From an uncultured candidate division Zixibacteria bacterium (lineage in GTDB: Bacteria > Zixibacteria > MSB-5A5 > UBA10806 > 4484-95): 64,000 nt of DNA. Under the pieces are notes generated by a model, which saw only the letters and a program-made list of their open reading frames with translations, searched no databases and had not been told where the DNA came from. The stretch lies in the NCBI GenBank assembly GCA_963668625.2, contig CAXXKA010000008.1:736001-800000 (forward strand). Reading direction: 5' to 3'. Below, piece after piece: positions 32,272-42,246 of this stretch. Numbering within the stretch: position 1 is the first letter of the stretch; each line of letters starts with the position of its first letter. A program made the position numbers and the translations under genes.

Positions 32272-33033
32272 ATGGTAGGGATAATAATCACAGCGATAGT
32301 AGTAGCGATTCTGATGGCCACCATAATCATAGCGGCGACGAAAGCCAGTGTTCGCCGCCAGGTACCTCTTCTGATTACAGCCATTGTCGGTACGGTACTG
32401 GTGGTATCGGTATTTATCCCGCATGATCCTTTCGGCAGGCTGGGTGAGGACTTTTCGGTATTTTTCGATATTATCGCCGTATTCGCATTCATTTTAGGCG
32501 GCGGTAACCTGATACGCGTTCATGGCGACCGTATCTATCGTTTGAAAAAAGACTGGATATTCTCGATCGTTACTGTCGCCGGCTTTTTGGTTACGCTCAT
32601 AGCCGGCGCTTTAAAAATCGGCAACCCGGATGGTATCCGTGGGGATGTGGCCGCGCCCGGTTCGCTTTTCACGTTGATTTACGATAATATTTTCACGCCG
32701 CTTCAAGCCACGATGTTCTCCATCCTGGCGTTTTTCGTAGCCTCGGCCTCGTACAGGGCTTTCCGCGCGAAAAATAAGGAAGCTACTATCCTTCTGATTA
32801 CGGCTTTTATCATTCTTCTGGGTAGAACACCGGTCGGGGATTATATCACGTTCTGGTTGCCCTCCTGGTTGAGTTTCTTCCATGTGCCGAATCTGGCCAA
32901 CTGGATCATGGCTATACCTAATCTTGCGGGTCAACGAGCTATTATGATAGGAATTTCACTTGGCGTCGTCTCGATGTCGCTTCGCGTTATTCTGGGTATC
33001 GAGCGTGGTTATATCGGTTCGGAGGGCGAATAA
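32272..33033 (+). CDS. Module 1 subunit B: polytopic membrane protein
   Basis: ATMFSILAFFVASASYRAFR, PN.AGQRAI..GI.LG, ILGIER. Confidence 0.85.
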   Translation: MVGIIITAIVVAILMATIIIAATKASVRRQVPLLITAIVGTVLVVSVFIPHDPFGRLGEDFSVFFDIIAVFAFILGGGNLIRVHGDRIYRLKKDWIFSIVTVAGFLVTLIAGALKIGNPDGIRGDVAAPGSLFTLIYDNIFTPLQATMFSILAFFVASASYRAFRAKNKEATILLITAFIILLGRTPVGDYITFWLPSWLSFFHVPNLANWIMAIPNLAGQRAIMIGISLGVVSMSLRVILGIERGYIGSEGE

Positions 33034-33034
33034 A

Positions 33035-33634
33035 GTGAAAGCGGTTATCCTGACAGTTATAACGCTTATGCTAAGCCTCAGCGCATATGGCGCCGATTTT
33101 TCGGATTACCGGCGCATAGCGATAGCCGCACCGCTTATCAATCAGATATTTACAAATCCCGAGATATCAGAAGCCGAAGATTTACAGCTTCAACCGGAAA
33201 CACAAATCATGTTGTACGAGGAGCTGGCGGGACGGTTCTGCGATGCGTTGGCCGGTCATTATGATGATGAAATCGAGTTTATCTGTTTTAACGATATTAA
33301 AGGCAAGCTCGATAACGATAGTTGGAATGAGTTCAATAAATCTTTCACCGGGCAAAATGATGTCACCCCGGAGACGGCCACGAAGTTTGCCGGGCAACTT
33401 CAGGCAGACGGCGTACTGAGCACGTACCTGATGTTCAGCTATTATGAAAGCGATGACAGGAAAAGAAATTTAGAACTTCATTTCGAATGGTACCTGGTTG
33501 AATTAGAGAGCGGCAAGGTTACACTTTCCGATCAATTCGATTGCAAGGATGATTTTGGTATTGATGAGGTATCCGAAAAAGAGGTGAAGTGTTTCAATAA
33601 GGTAGTCAAAAGTTTGGCGGATTCAGGACAATAA
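33035..33634 (+). CDS. Exported hypothetical protein unique to module 1
   Basis: GTG 33035 start gives signal peptide; YRRIAIAAP...ADGVL pattern reminiscent of CsgG/LpoB-like folds. Confidence 0.7.
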   Translation: MKAVILTVITLMLSLSAYGADFSDYRRIAIAAPLINQIFTNPEISEAEDLQLQPETQIMLYEELAGRFCDALAGHYDDEIEFICFNDIKGKLDNDSWNEFNKSFTGQNDVTPETATKFAGQLQADGVLSTYLMFSYYESDDRKRNLELHFEWYLVELESGKVTLSDQFDCKDDFGIDEVSEKEVKCFNKVVKSLADSGQ

Positions 33635-33637
33635 ATT

Positions 33638-34516
33638 ATGGCTGGTACTTTTTTCGACAAGATCAAGAATATCGACCGGCGGATCATATTCACGTTTATC
33701 TCACTTTCGGTGATAATTCCGCTTCTGTTGAATATCCGTTTCGCCGAGAAAGGCAGCCCGATTGTCACCAGTATATTCGACAAGGTGGAATCGCTGCCGG
33801 CCGGTTCGAGAGTGCTTATCTCGATGGACTACGGGCCATCTACGGTACCAGAAATTCAGCCGATGGTGAACGCTATCGTCCGTCACTGCAACGAACGCGA
33901 CCTGAAAATTTACTACATGTGTCTCTGGGCTACCGGGCAAAACCTAACTACGTTAACGGTCGATTCGGTTCAGGTAACCGAATTCCCCGATAAAGTTTAC
34001 GGTGTAGACTACGTGAATTTAGGCTATAAAGCGGGTAACGAGGGGCTTATCAATGTCCTGCTGACTGATATGAAGAAGATGTATACTACGGATGTTTCGG
34101 GCACGCACGTGGATGATATCGAGGCTATGCGGGCGATTAAAAACCTCACCAGTTTCGATCTCATATTCGGGCTCGGCGGTGGTACTCCGGGAATCAAGGA
34201 GTGGATACTGTTCGCCGGTGATCCGGGGCGTATTCCGGTAGCCGGTGGTTCGACCGCGGTTCAGGCGCCGCTTCTGTACCCCTACTGGCCCAATCAGCTT
34301 CTGGGCTTGATGGGCGGCATAAAAGGCGCTGCCGAATACGAGTCTCTTCTGAGAAACAACTACCCGAAATACAAGCAAATGAGCAGTCCGGCTTTACAGA
34401 TGATGGGGCCGCAAGCTATCGCGCATATCGTGATTATGCTTTTTATCATTATCGGCAATATCACTTTCTTCATCGAAAAGTCTCGTGATGCCAAACGCAA
34501 AGCGGGGGTGAGTTGA
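33638..34516 (+). CDS. Module 1 subunit C: two TM helices around a soluble alpha/beta domain
   Basis: IDRR, DYGPS...E, DYVNLGYK, GGIKGAAEYE, AIAH. Confidence 0.85.
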   Translation: MAGTFFDKIKNIDRRIIFTFISLSVIIPLLLNIRFAEKGSPIVTSIFDKVESLPAGSRVLISMDYGPSTVPEIQPMVNAIVRHCNERDLKIYYMCLWATGQNLTTLTVDSVQVTEFPDKVYGVDYVNLGYKAGNEGLINVLLTDMKKMYTTDVSGTHVDDIEAMRAIKNLTSFDLIFGLGGGTPGIKEWILFAGDPGRIPVAGGSTAVQAPLLYPYWPNQLLGLMGGIKGAAEYESLLRNNYPKYKQMSSPALQMMGPQAIAHIVIMLFIIIGNITFFIEKSRDAKRKAGVS

Positions 34517-34517
34517 T

Positions 34518-35201
34518 ATGAGTATATCACCTGATATCTGGACCTGGTTCGGAGCTTTTCTGACCATATCGATTCTCTCGTTTCTGTATAAAGATAACGC
34601 TTTTTATAAATTCGCCGAACACCTTTTCGTCGGTGTTTCGGCTGCATACTGGATGGTGATCGGTATATGGGGAACGCTTTTCCCTAACCTTATCGCCAAG
34701 ATACATCCCGGGGCAGTCAGGTTCGTTCTGCCCTCGTTGGCCGATAGGGAACCCGAGTACTGGTATATCATCCCGGCAGTTTTTGGCCTTCTGATGCTAA
34801 TGCGTCTTTCGAGCAAACTGGGCTGGATGTCACGTTGGCCGCTGGCTTTTATCGTGGGAACCACCGCCGGTCTGAACTTGATCAGGTATCTTCGTTCAGA
34901 TTTTATCGGGCAGGTTCAGAATACGATGATACCCTTGATCGCTTTCAAGGATGGCTCGTTCAGTTTCCTCGATAGTTTCTCGAATATCGTGATTTTCGTT
35001 GGCGTATTTTGCGGATTAATTTATTTCTTCTTTTCCAAAGAGCATAAAGGTGGTTTCGGAGTCGCCAGCCGGATAGGTGTCTGGATACTCATGATAACAT
35101 TCGGCGCAGGTTTCGGTTATACCGTTATGGCCAGAATTTCTTTATTGGTTGGGCGGATGCAATTTTTACTGGGGGATTGGCTGGGAATGATTAATCGGTG
35201 A
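34518..35201 (+). CDS. Module 1 subunit D: polytopic membrane protein
   Basis: SFLYKDN.FYKFAEH..VG, YFFFS.EHKG, FGAGFGYTVMARISLL. Confidence 0.85.
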   Translation: MSISPDIWTWFGAFLTISILSFLYKDNAFYKFAEHLFVGVSAAYWMVIGIWGTLFPNLIAKIHPGAVRFVLPSLADREPEYWYIIPAVFGLLMLMRLSSKLGWMSRWPLAFIVGTTAGLNLIRYLRSDFIGQVQNTMIPLIAFKDGSFSFLDSFSNIVIFVGVFCGLIYFFFSKEHKGGFGVASRIGVWILMITFGAGFGYTVMARISLLVGRMQFLLGDWLGMINR

Positions 35202-35400
35202 GCAATGTAGTTGTGAAAAAAAACATTAACGCTAACAACATTAAGATACCCAAAAGGTTAGCTTATTACTTTTACCATCAATTAACCGCCATAAATTTAT
35301 TTAAACTGGAAGTATGAAGCTTTAGATAAGTAAGTATGATGAGTGTAAAAATTATCATATGATATTAGTAAAAATAAATAAAAATAAACGGAGGTAGCGT

Positions 35401-36657
35401 ATGAGAAAAATTAATGGGTTATTCGTAACCTTAATTTTCTTAATGTCATTGGGAGGAATAGCGCTCGCCCAGGGTGATATACCCGTTGAGGGTGAGATGG
35501 CCGTGGAAGCTGCGGATGCGCAAAGTCCACCGGCCCCTCAACCGCCAACCAATGTGATCATTACGGACAGACCGAATGATGCCGGCCATGGGTTGATGAT
35601 TGTATGGGACCTTTCGCCCGATGACGGCGCCGGAATGAATAGCGTACAAATGTACGAAATATTCCGTGCCGGTTCCCCTGACGGCGAATTCATATCCCGC
35701 GGCATTATTCCCGCCGGCGATAATGAGTTCGAGGATCAGGATGACCAGGAGAGCGGCGGCAGGGGGCCAAATCCCAATTATATGCCGTCTAACAGTACCT
35801 GGTATTACAAAATAACGGCGGTTTCAGAGGATGGTATTCACTCCGAGGGAACCCCGGTCGTTTCCGGTACTACCAAAGCTAACATTTTCCACTGGGGCAA
35901 ATTGCCGATATTGTTCGGCGTATTGATATTCGGTGGATTCTTGCTGGCTTTTATCTCTCAGGCCAAAAGTGGTAAAGAATTGTATGTCCGACCCTTATCC
36001 GGTATCAATGCCGTTGATGACGCTATCGGTCGTGCCACCGAGATGGGCAAACCGATCCTGTTTATTTTAGGATTGGGAACCGCCGGCGATATCGCGACTA
36101 TCGCGGGATTTACGATCCTGGCACGCGTGGCCAGGAGAACCGCCGAATACCAGACCAAGGTGCTGGTACCGGTGCAGGATCCTGTCGTGCTGGCCGTTGC
36201 CCAGGAAACCGTGAGAACGGCTTATCTGGAGGCCGGTCGTCCCGATCAGTACAATCCCGATAACGTATTTTACGTGACTGCTTTGCAGTTCCCATATGTA
36301 GCCGCGGTAAACGGTATCATGCTTCGTGAAAAACCGGCCACCAATTTCTATTGTGGCAAGTTTTACGCCGAATCGCTGATTCTGGCGGAGACCGGCAATA
36401 TCGCCGGTTCGATTCAGATATCCGGTACCGACGAGATCGGCCAGTTGCCGTTTTTCGTAGCGGCCACCGACTATACTTTGATCGGTGAGGAGCTTTACGC
36501 CGCCTCGGCATACCTGTCGCAGGAGCCGGTTCAGCTCGGCACATTGAAAGCCCAGGACTATACTAAGGCCGTGGTTATGGTCATAATTCTGATCGGCACG
36601 ATTTTGATAACCGCCGGAGCGACTTTCTTTTTAAATATGGTAACTGTAAACCTGTAA
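35401..36657 (+). CDS. Module 2 subunit A (FN3 + DUF6754-like)
   Basis: Paralog of 31023: AVDDAIGRATEMGKP, LIGEELYAASAYLS. Confidence 0.85.
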   Translation: MRKINGLFVTLIFLMSLGGIALAQGDIPVEGEMAVEAADAQSPPAPQPPTNVIITDRPNDAGHGLMIVWDLSPDDGAGMNSVQMYEIFRAGSPDGEFISRGIIPAGDNEFEDQDDQESGGRGPNPNYMPSNSTWYYKITAVSEDGIHSEGTPVVSGTTKANIFHWGKLPILFGVLIFGGFLLAFISQAKSGKELYVRPLSGINAVDDAIGRATEMGKPILFILGLGTAGDIATIAGFTILARVARRTAEYQTKVLVPVQDPVVLAVAQETVRTAYLEAGRPDQYNPDNVFYVTALQFPYVAAVNGIMLREKPATNFYCGKFYAESLILAETGNIAGSIQISGTDEIGQLPFFVAATDYTLIGEELYAASAYLSQEPVQLGTLKAQDYTKAVVMVIILIGTILITAGATFFLNMVTVNL

Positions 36658-36673
36658 CCCGGAGATTGTATTA

Positions 36674-37291
36674 ATGAAAAGAGAAATTCCAATTCTGATC
36701 GTCGGGATTACCGGTTTTGCTATGCTTATCCAGTATTTCATCCCGACCGATTGGTCACAAACTATTTTCACCTATTCCCAGGACTGGATTATCGTGATCG
36801 GTATTATCTCGATGCCCCTGGGCATTTGGAGTTTGGTGAAAGCTAATGTCTTGAAACTTAAAGTGCCCGGTGAGAGATTCTATTCGGCAGTTTTGCTGGC
36901 TGGTTTTCTTATCATGGTATTAACCTGTCTCAAGGACGAGAATCGTGTCATGGGCAGTTTCCATATGGATCTGTTCAGTTACGTTCTCGTGCCGATTCAG
37001 GCTACTATCTTCTCGCTGCTGGCGTTTTTTATCGCCTCGGCTGCTTACAGGGCATTCAGGGCGAGATCGGTTTTGGCCACGGTGTTGCTTGTAACGGCAT
37101 TTATCATAATGCTGCGCTTTATCCCCCTCGGCCCGATATCGACTCTCAACCTTACTGCCGTATCCTGGATACTTCAGGTGCCGAATATGGCGGCTAACCG
37201 TGCTATTATGATGGGAATTGGCCTGGGCGCTACAGCGACGGCCATGAAGATAATTTTGGGCGTTGAACGAACCTATATGGGTCATGATTGA
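36674..37291 (+). CDS. Module 2 subunit B
   Basis: ATIFSLLAFFIASAAYRAFR; ILGVER. Confidence 0.85.
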   Translation: MKREIPILIVGITGFAMLIQYFIPTDWSQTIFTYSQDWIIVIGIISMPLGIWSLVKANVLKLKVPGERFYSAVLLAGFLIMVLTCLKDENRVMGSFHMDLFSYVLVPIQATIFSLLAFFIASAAYRAFRARSVLATVLLVTAFIIMLRFIPLGPISTLNLTAVSWILQVPNMAANRAIMMGIGLGATATAMKIILGVERTYMGHD

Positions 37292-37304
37292 GAGGCGGTA
37301 AGAT

Positions 37305-38144
37305 ATGGATTTTATGCAAAAAATGATGTCGATCGACCGCCGTTGGGTATATCTGGCTATAGGATTAGCGGTAATTATCCCCGCTATCTGGTCGTTCGAT
37401 GTTCCGGTAGCTGTTTCGCCCGAGGTTAAAAGGATTTACGATTTCGTGGAAAATATGGAAGCCGGTGAGCATCTGTTTATCTGCGTCGATTACGATCCCT
37501 CCTCGATGGCCGAGCTAAACCCGATGGCTGTTGCTATCGTCAACCAGGCTTTCGAGAAAGATATCAAGATTATCTTCGTTACCCTTTCGCAGTTCGGTCC
37601 CGGACTGGTCGAGCAGATCACCTCGGGGCTGGCCGCCGATCACGGTAAGGTAAACGGGGAGGATTACGCTTTTCTGGGATATCGTCCCTACCCGGCTATC
37701 GTTATTCTGGCGATGGGCGTGGATTTCCGCGTACCGTTCCCTCAGGATTATTACGGTACACCGCTGGATTCGCTGCCGGTTCTGGAAGGTATCAAGAATT
37801 TCGATGACTGCAAAGGCGTGATCGAGATTACCTCCGGTAATACCGCCGAGTTCTGGTTGATCTACGGCAACGGCCGCTATGGTTTCCCACTGGCTATCGG
37901 TATCACCGGCGTTATGTCCGCCAACTACTATCAGTACCTCTCCTCGGGTCAGCTTTTCGGAATCATTCCCGGTGTCAAAGGCGCCGCCGAGTACGAGGAA
38001 TTAGTAGGTTATCCCGGCGAGGGTAAAGCCCAGATGGCCTATCAGGTGATTGCTCACGGGGTGATTATCTTGTTTATAATCATTTCGAATATTGCCTTTT
38101 TCACTACGAAAAAACGTAGAGGCGGAATAGAAGGAGGTCGCTGA
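37305..38144 (+). CDS. Module 2 subunit C
   Basis: IDRRW, DYDPSS.AE, GVKGAAEYE. Confidence 0.85.
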   Translation: MDFMQKMMSIDRRWVYLAIGLAVIIPAIWSFDVPVAVSPEVKRIYDFVENMEAGEHLFICVDYDPSSMAELNPMAVAIVNQAFEKDIKIIFVTLSQFGPGLVEQITSGLAADHGKVNGEDYAFLGYRPYPAIVILAMGVDFRVPFPQDYYGTPLDSLPVLEGIKNFDDCKGVIEITSGNTAEFWLIYGNGRYGFPLAIGITGVMSANYYQYLSSGQLFGIIPGVKGAAEYEELVGYPGEGKAQMAYQVIAHGVIILFIIISNIAFFTTKKRRGGIEGGR

Positions 38145-38797
38145 TGGTACCGGAAAATATGACAACTTATGAGTTGATTTTCAACGGAATTGCGGTTTTC
38201 CTTACACTCTGCATTTTCAGTTTCCTGTACAAGGATAACCCGTTTTACAAGTTCGCCGAACGTCTGGTGGCGGGTGTGGCGACCGGCTATTTTACCATGT
38301 TGTTGTTCTGGACGAATTTCATGGATAAAGTGGTCGAGCCGATTTTCTACAATGGCCAATACCTGTATATCTTACCGGCCCTTCTCGGAGTTTTGATGTG
38401 GACGCGTTTCTCACAGAAATGGACATGGGTGTCGCGTTACTCGATAGCTATCTATATCGGTGTCGGTTCTGGTGTATCGGTTACTATTTACCTTTACACT
38501 TACCTGTTCAAACAGCTTCAGGCCACTATCGCTTACCCGATAGGATTCGATCTGGCCGGTGTCAACCAGCTACTGGTCGTTATCTGCGTACTGGCATCGC
38601 TGGTTTATTTCTTCTTCTCCACTCCGCATAAAGGCGTGGTGGGCGCTGTTTCCCGGATAGGTATCTATGTTATCATGATCGGTTTCGGCGCAGGTTTCGG
38701 CCTGACCGTAATGGGTCGTGTAGCTCTTTTGGTCAACAGGGTGATATTCCTGAAAAGTTACCTCTTAGGAGTATCCAATTTCTTTTTTGGCGGCTAG
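38144..38797 (+). CDS. Module 2 subunit D
   Basis: FSFLYKDNPFYKFAE; FGAGFGLTVMGR. Confidence 0.85.
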   Translation: MVPENMTTYELIFNGIAVFLTLCIFSFLYKDNPFYKFAERLVAGVATGYFTMLLFWTNFMDKVVEPIFYNGQYLYILPALLGVLMWTRFSQKWTWVSRYSIAIYIGVGSGVSVTIYLYTYLFKQLQATIAYPIGFDLAGVNQLLVVICVLASLVYFFFSTPHKGVVGAVSRIGIYVIMIGFGAGFGLTVMGRVALLVNRVIFLKSYLLGVSNFFFGG

Positions 38798-38811
38798 GTA
38801 TTTAAATAGAT

Positions 38812-38841
38812 GGTGGGTCGATTCGTTCGACCCGCCTTTTT
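38812..38841 (+). terminator. Terminator-like hairpin between modules 2 and 3
   Basis: GGTGGGTCGA-TTCGT-TCGACCCGCC-TTTTT. Confidence 0.65.
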
Positions 38842-38856
38842 CCCAGGGGGATATTC

Positions 38857-40044
38857 ATGCGCGGGTGTAGAGTCCCGTTCCTCACGATTTTCACTCTGTT
38901 GACGCTGGTAACGCTGGTAACGCTGGTTTCGGCACAGGCCGATATGGATACGCTTACAGCGCCGGCTTTACCGCAGGTTGAAAATATCAAAGTATATGAT
39001 AAGCCCAACGATCCCGGCCGGACACTGGTGATCGAATGGGATATTCCGCTTTCTTATGATAAGACAACTGTCGCCATTGATGGTTTTAAGATTTATAATG
39101 CTGAAAGTCCGGAGGGGCCGTTCGAGCTTCTGGCTACACTGGCCGCCGGATCGAATCGATACGAATGTTCCGGCCTTACCGATGGCCACGATTATTTTTT
39201 CAATATCACTAGTTTTTCCAATTCTCACGAATCCGAGATAGCAACAGCCGGACCGGCCTCACCCAGCGGTCAATGGTTTAATACCGATCGTGTCCCGATC
39301 ATGCTTATGGTGATACTCTTTTCAGCTACAGCAATCGCTTTCATCACAAAAGCCAGGATGGGTTATAGCTTTTACGTGCGACCTATCGCGGGGATCAGGG
39401 CGGTTGATGACGCTATCGGCCGGGCCACCGAGATGGGACGACCGATACTGTACGTGCCGGGTCTGGGCACTGCCGCCGATGTCGCTACGATCGCGGCTTT
39501 CACCATACTCGGGCGAGTTGCCCGAAAGGTGGTCGAGTATAACACCCGGGTGATCGTACCCAATTACGATCCCGTGGTGATGGCCGTTTGCCAGGAGGTC
39601 GTAAAGGAGGCTTACTCCTCGGCCGGAAAACCGGAGCTGTACGACCCGAAAGATATTTACTTTATCACCCAGGATCAATTCCCCTATACGGCGGCTGTCA
39701 ACGGGGTAATGCTTCGCGAACGACCGGCGACTAATTTCTATATGGGGATGTTCTATGCCGAATCACTGGTACTGGCCGAAACCGGTTTCGTCTCCGGTTC
39801 GATACAGATCGCCGGAACCGATCAACTCGTGCAGATACCGTTTTTCGTGTCAGTTTGCGATTTCGTACTGATGGGCGAGGAGCTTTACGCCGCCAGCGCT
39901 TACCTTTCCAAAGAGCCTCAGCAGCTCGGTACTTTAAAAGCCCAGGACTGGGGCAAGGTTCTGGTTGTTTTGCTTATGATTTTAGGTGTAATATTCTCAA
40001 CGATTGGCTGGGAGGCATTCGCCGCCTGGTTCGATGTTGGTTAA
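38857..40044 (+). CDS. Module 3 subunit A (FN3 + DUF6754-like)
   Basis: AVDDAIGRATEMGRP, MGEELYAASAYLS. Confidence 0.85.
   Translation: MRGCRVPFLTIFTLLTLVTLVTLVSAQADMDTLTAPALPQVENIKVYDKPNDPGRTLVIEWDIPLSYDKTTVAIDGFKIYNAESPEGPFELLATLAAGSNRYECSGLTDGHDYFFNITSFSNSHESEIATAGPASPSGQWFNTDRVPIMLMVILFSATAIAFITKARMGYSFYVRPIAGIRAVDDAIGRATEMGRPILYVPGLGTAADVATIAAFTILGRVARKVVEYNTRVIVPNYDPVVMAVCQEVVKEAYSSAGKPELYDPKDIYFITQDQFPYTAAVNGVMLRERPATNFYMGMFYAESLVLAETGFVSGSIQIAGTDQLVQIPFFVSVCDFVLMGEELYAASAYLSKEPQQLGTLKAQDWGKVLVVLLMILGVIFSTIGWEAFAAWFDVG
38902..38927 (+). repeat. 9-bp tandem repeat (ACGCTGGTA, about 3 copies) in signal peptide
   Basis: Encodes TLV-TLV-TLV. Confidence 0.85.
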
Positions 40045-40058
40045 GATGAGAGTTTGCG

Positions 40059-40703
40059 ATGCGTAGAGAGGTTCCGCTTCTTATAGTATTCCTATTCGGG
40101 ATATTCATGATCGTGCAGTATTTTATTCCCCATCGCTATATGGCGAATATTTATCAGGAGTTCAACAACTGGACTATCATTATAGGCATATTCACGATGA
40201 TCGTGGGCATCGGTTCGCTTACCACGGTTCATTACAGTCGGATAAAGTTCAGGAAAGAAGGCTGGTGGTATTCGGTGGTTACCATAATATCGCTTTTCGG
40301 GATGGCCGGAATCGGTATTTTCGGAGGAACCGAGAATGATCTTTTCCTCAACCTGTATCGTTATGGGCTTTCGCCCGTTACCGCTACCATGTTTTCTCTT
40401 CTGGCGTTTTTTATCGCCTCGGCGGCTTATCGGGCGTTCCGCGTGCGTAACATTATCGCCACCCTGCTTTTGTTGGCGGCGGTTATCGTAATGCTGGGGC
40501 GGGTGCCCGTAGGTGAAATAATCACGAGTTGGCTGCCCGAGTGGTCGCGGTTACCCAGCCTCGCTAATTTTCTTCTGACCGTACCGAATGTTGCCGCCAA
40601 GCGCGCCATATATATCGGAGTCGGTTTGGGCGTGGCGGCCGTTTCATTGAAAATCATTTTAGGTATCGAGCGCACCTGGCTCGGTGGGGATGGCGGTAAG
40701 TGA
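40059..40703 (+). CDS. Module 3 subunit B
   Basis: ATMFSLLAFFIASAAYRAFR; ILGIER. Confidence 0.85.
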   Translation: MRREVPLLIVFLFGIFMIVQYFIPHRYMANIYQEFNNWTIIIGIFTMIVGIGSLTTVHYSRIKFRKEGWWYSVVTIISLFGMAGIGIFGGTENDLFLNLYRYGLSPVTATMFSLLAFFIASAAYRAFRVRNIIATLLLLAAVIVMLGRVPVGEIITSWLPEWSRLPSLANFLLTVPNVAAKRAIYIGVGLGVAAVSLKIILGIERTWLGGDGGK

Positions 40704-41545
40704 TGGCCGAGAACACGAAAACATTCTGGGAAAAGATGCTACAGATCGATCGACGCTGGATATACCTGGCGATGGGCATCGCCGTATTCGTACCGCTCAT
40801 GTTCACTATGGGATTACCGGTTTATGTTACCGAGGAGGTCGAGTCGGTTTACGATTATGTCGAAAATTTGCCGCCCGGTACTGTCGTGATGATTCCCTGC
40901 GAGTACGATCCGGCCACGATGGCGGAGCTAAGACCGATGGCTCATGCTATATTCCGTCACTGTTTCTCGCGTGATCTTAAAATAGTCTCCACCTCCCTGC
41001 AAATCGAGGGTGTTACCCTGGTGAAAGAGGATCTGGCCTTGATTGCCTCTGAATATGACAAGAATTATGGCGAGGATTACGTATTCTTGGGCTACAAGCC
41101 TTACCCGGCTATCGTGATATTGAATATGGGGGAGAATTTCAGAAAACCGTTCCCCAAAGATTATTACGGTACCGAACTCGATGAATTGCCCATGATGAAG
41201 GGCGTGATGAATTATTCGAGCTGTGCCTGTATAATAAATATCAACGCCACCTCGGGGGCCGATTACTGGATTAACTATGCCAACGGGCGTTACAAGGCGC
41301 CGCTGGCGTTGGGAGTGACCGCAGTCATGGCTACGGACTACTACACGTTTTTATCCTCGGGACAGATATTCGGTTTGATGGGCGGTTTGAAAGGCGCCGC
41401 CGAATACGAGAAGCTGATCGGTAAAAGCGCCAGGGCTACAAAGGCTATGGATGTTCAATCGATAGCGCATTCTGTGATCGTGGTATTTATCATACTGGGT
41501 AATATCGCGTTTTTCGCCTCTCGCAAAAAACGGAGGGGGATGTAG
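40703..41545 (+). CDS. Module 3 subunit C
   Basis: TGATG coupling to subunit B; IDRRW, EYDPAT.AE, GGLKGAAEYE. Confidence 0.85.
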   Translation: MAENTKTFWEKMLQIDRRWIYLAMGIAVFVPLMFTMGLPVYVTEEVESVYDYVENLPPGTVVMIPCEYDPATMAELRPMAHAIFRHCFSRDLKIVSTSLQIEGVTLVKEDLALIASEYDKNYGEDYVFLGYKPYPAIVILNMGENFRKPFPKDYYGTELDELPMMKGVMNYSSCACIININATSGADYWINYANGRYKAPLALGVTAVMATDYYTFLSSGQIFGLMGGLKGAAEYEKLIGKSARATKAMDVQSIAHSVIVVFIILGNIAFFASRKKRRGM

Positions 41546-42238
41546 ATGGAAAACCCGACTATATTTTCGGTATTCTGGTATACTCTGGCAGCATTTCTGA
41601 CATTATCTATCTTTTCATTCCTCTACAAAGATAATCCATTCTATCGTTTTGCCGAGCATCTTATCGTGGGAATTTCGGCCGGGTACTGGATAGCGATATT
41701 ATATCATACCTCTTTAAAGGATCTGTGGATAGAGCCGATGACCGTCAATTTTCAAGCCCTGTTTACCCCCGGAGGTTCGGTGTTTTACGAACTGGGCATG
41801 GTGAGCGTGAATATTTTACCCGGTATACTCGGTTTGATGATGTTTTCCCGGTTTACCGAAAAATTCTCCTGGCTCTCTCGCTGGCCGATCGCGTTCTACC
41901 TGGCGATAACCGCCGGTGTCGCCCTGCCGTTGTACCTTCAGAGCTTTACCGTGCGCCAGATGCAGGCTTGCATGATTGCCCTGGGCGGTTCACCCTATGA
42001 CATAATTGCCGATATAATCGTAATAGTAGGAACAATTTGCGGCCTGGCTTATTTCTATTTTTCGTTGGAGCATAAAGGAGCAATTGGCGGGATGGCCAAA
42101 TTCGGTATCTGGGTACTTATGATCGGGTTCGGTTCGACTTTCGGTTACACGGTTATGTCGCGTATCTCATTATTGATCGGCCGATTCAATTTCCTGATCG
42201 AATGGTTTAATGTTGTAAAAAATTACCTGATATCATAA
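41546..42238 (+). CDS. Module 3 subunit D
   Basis: FSFLYKDNPFYRFAEH; FGYTVMSRISLL. Confidence 0.85.
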   Translation: MENPTIFSVFWYTLAAFLTLSIFSFLYKDNPFYRFAEHLIVGISAGYWIAILYHTSLKDLWIEPMTVNFQALFTPGGSVFYELGMVSVNILPGILGLMMFSRFTEKFSWLSRWPIAFYLAITAGVALPLYLQSFTVRQMQACMIALGGSPYDIIADIIVIVGTICGLAYFYFSLEHKGAIGGMAKFGIWVLMIGFGSTFGYTVMSRISLLIGRFNFLIEWFNVVKNYLIS

Positions 42239-42246
42239 TAATAGTT

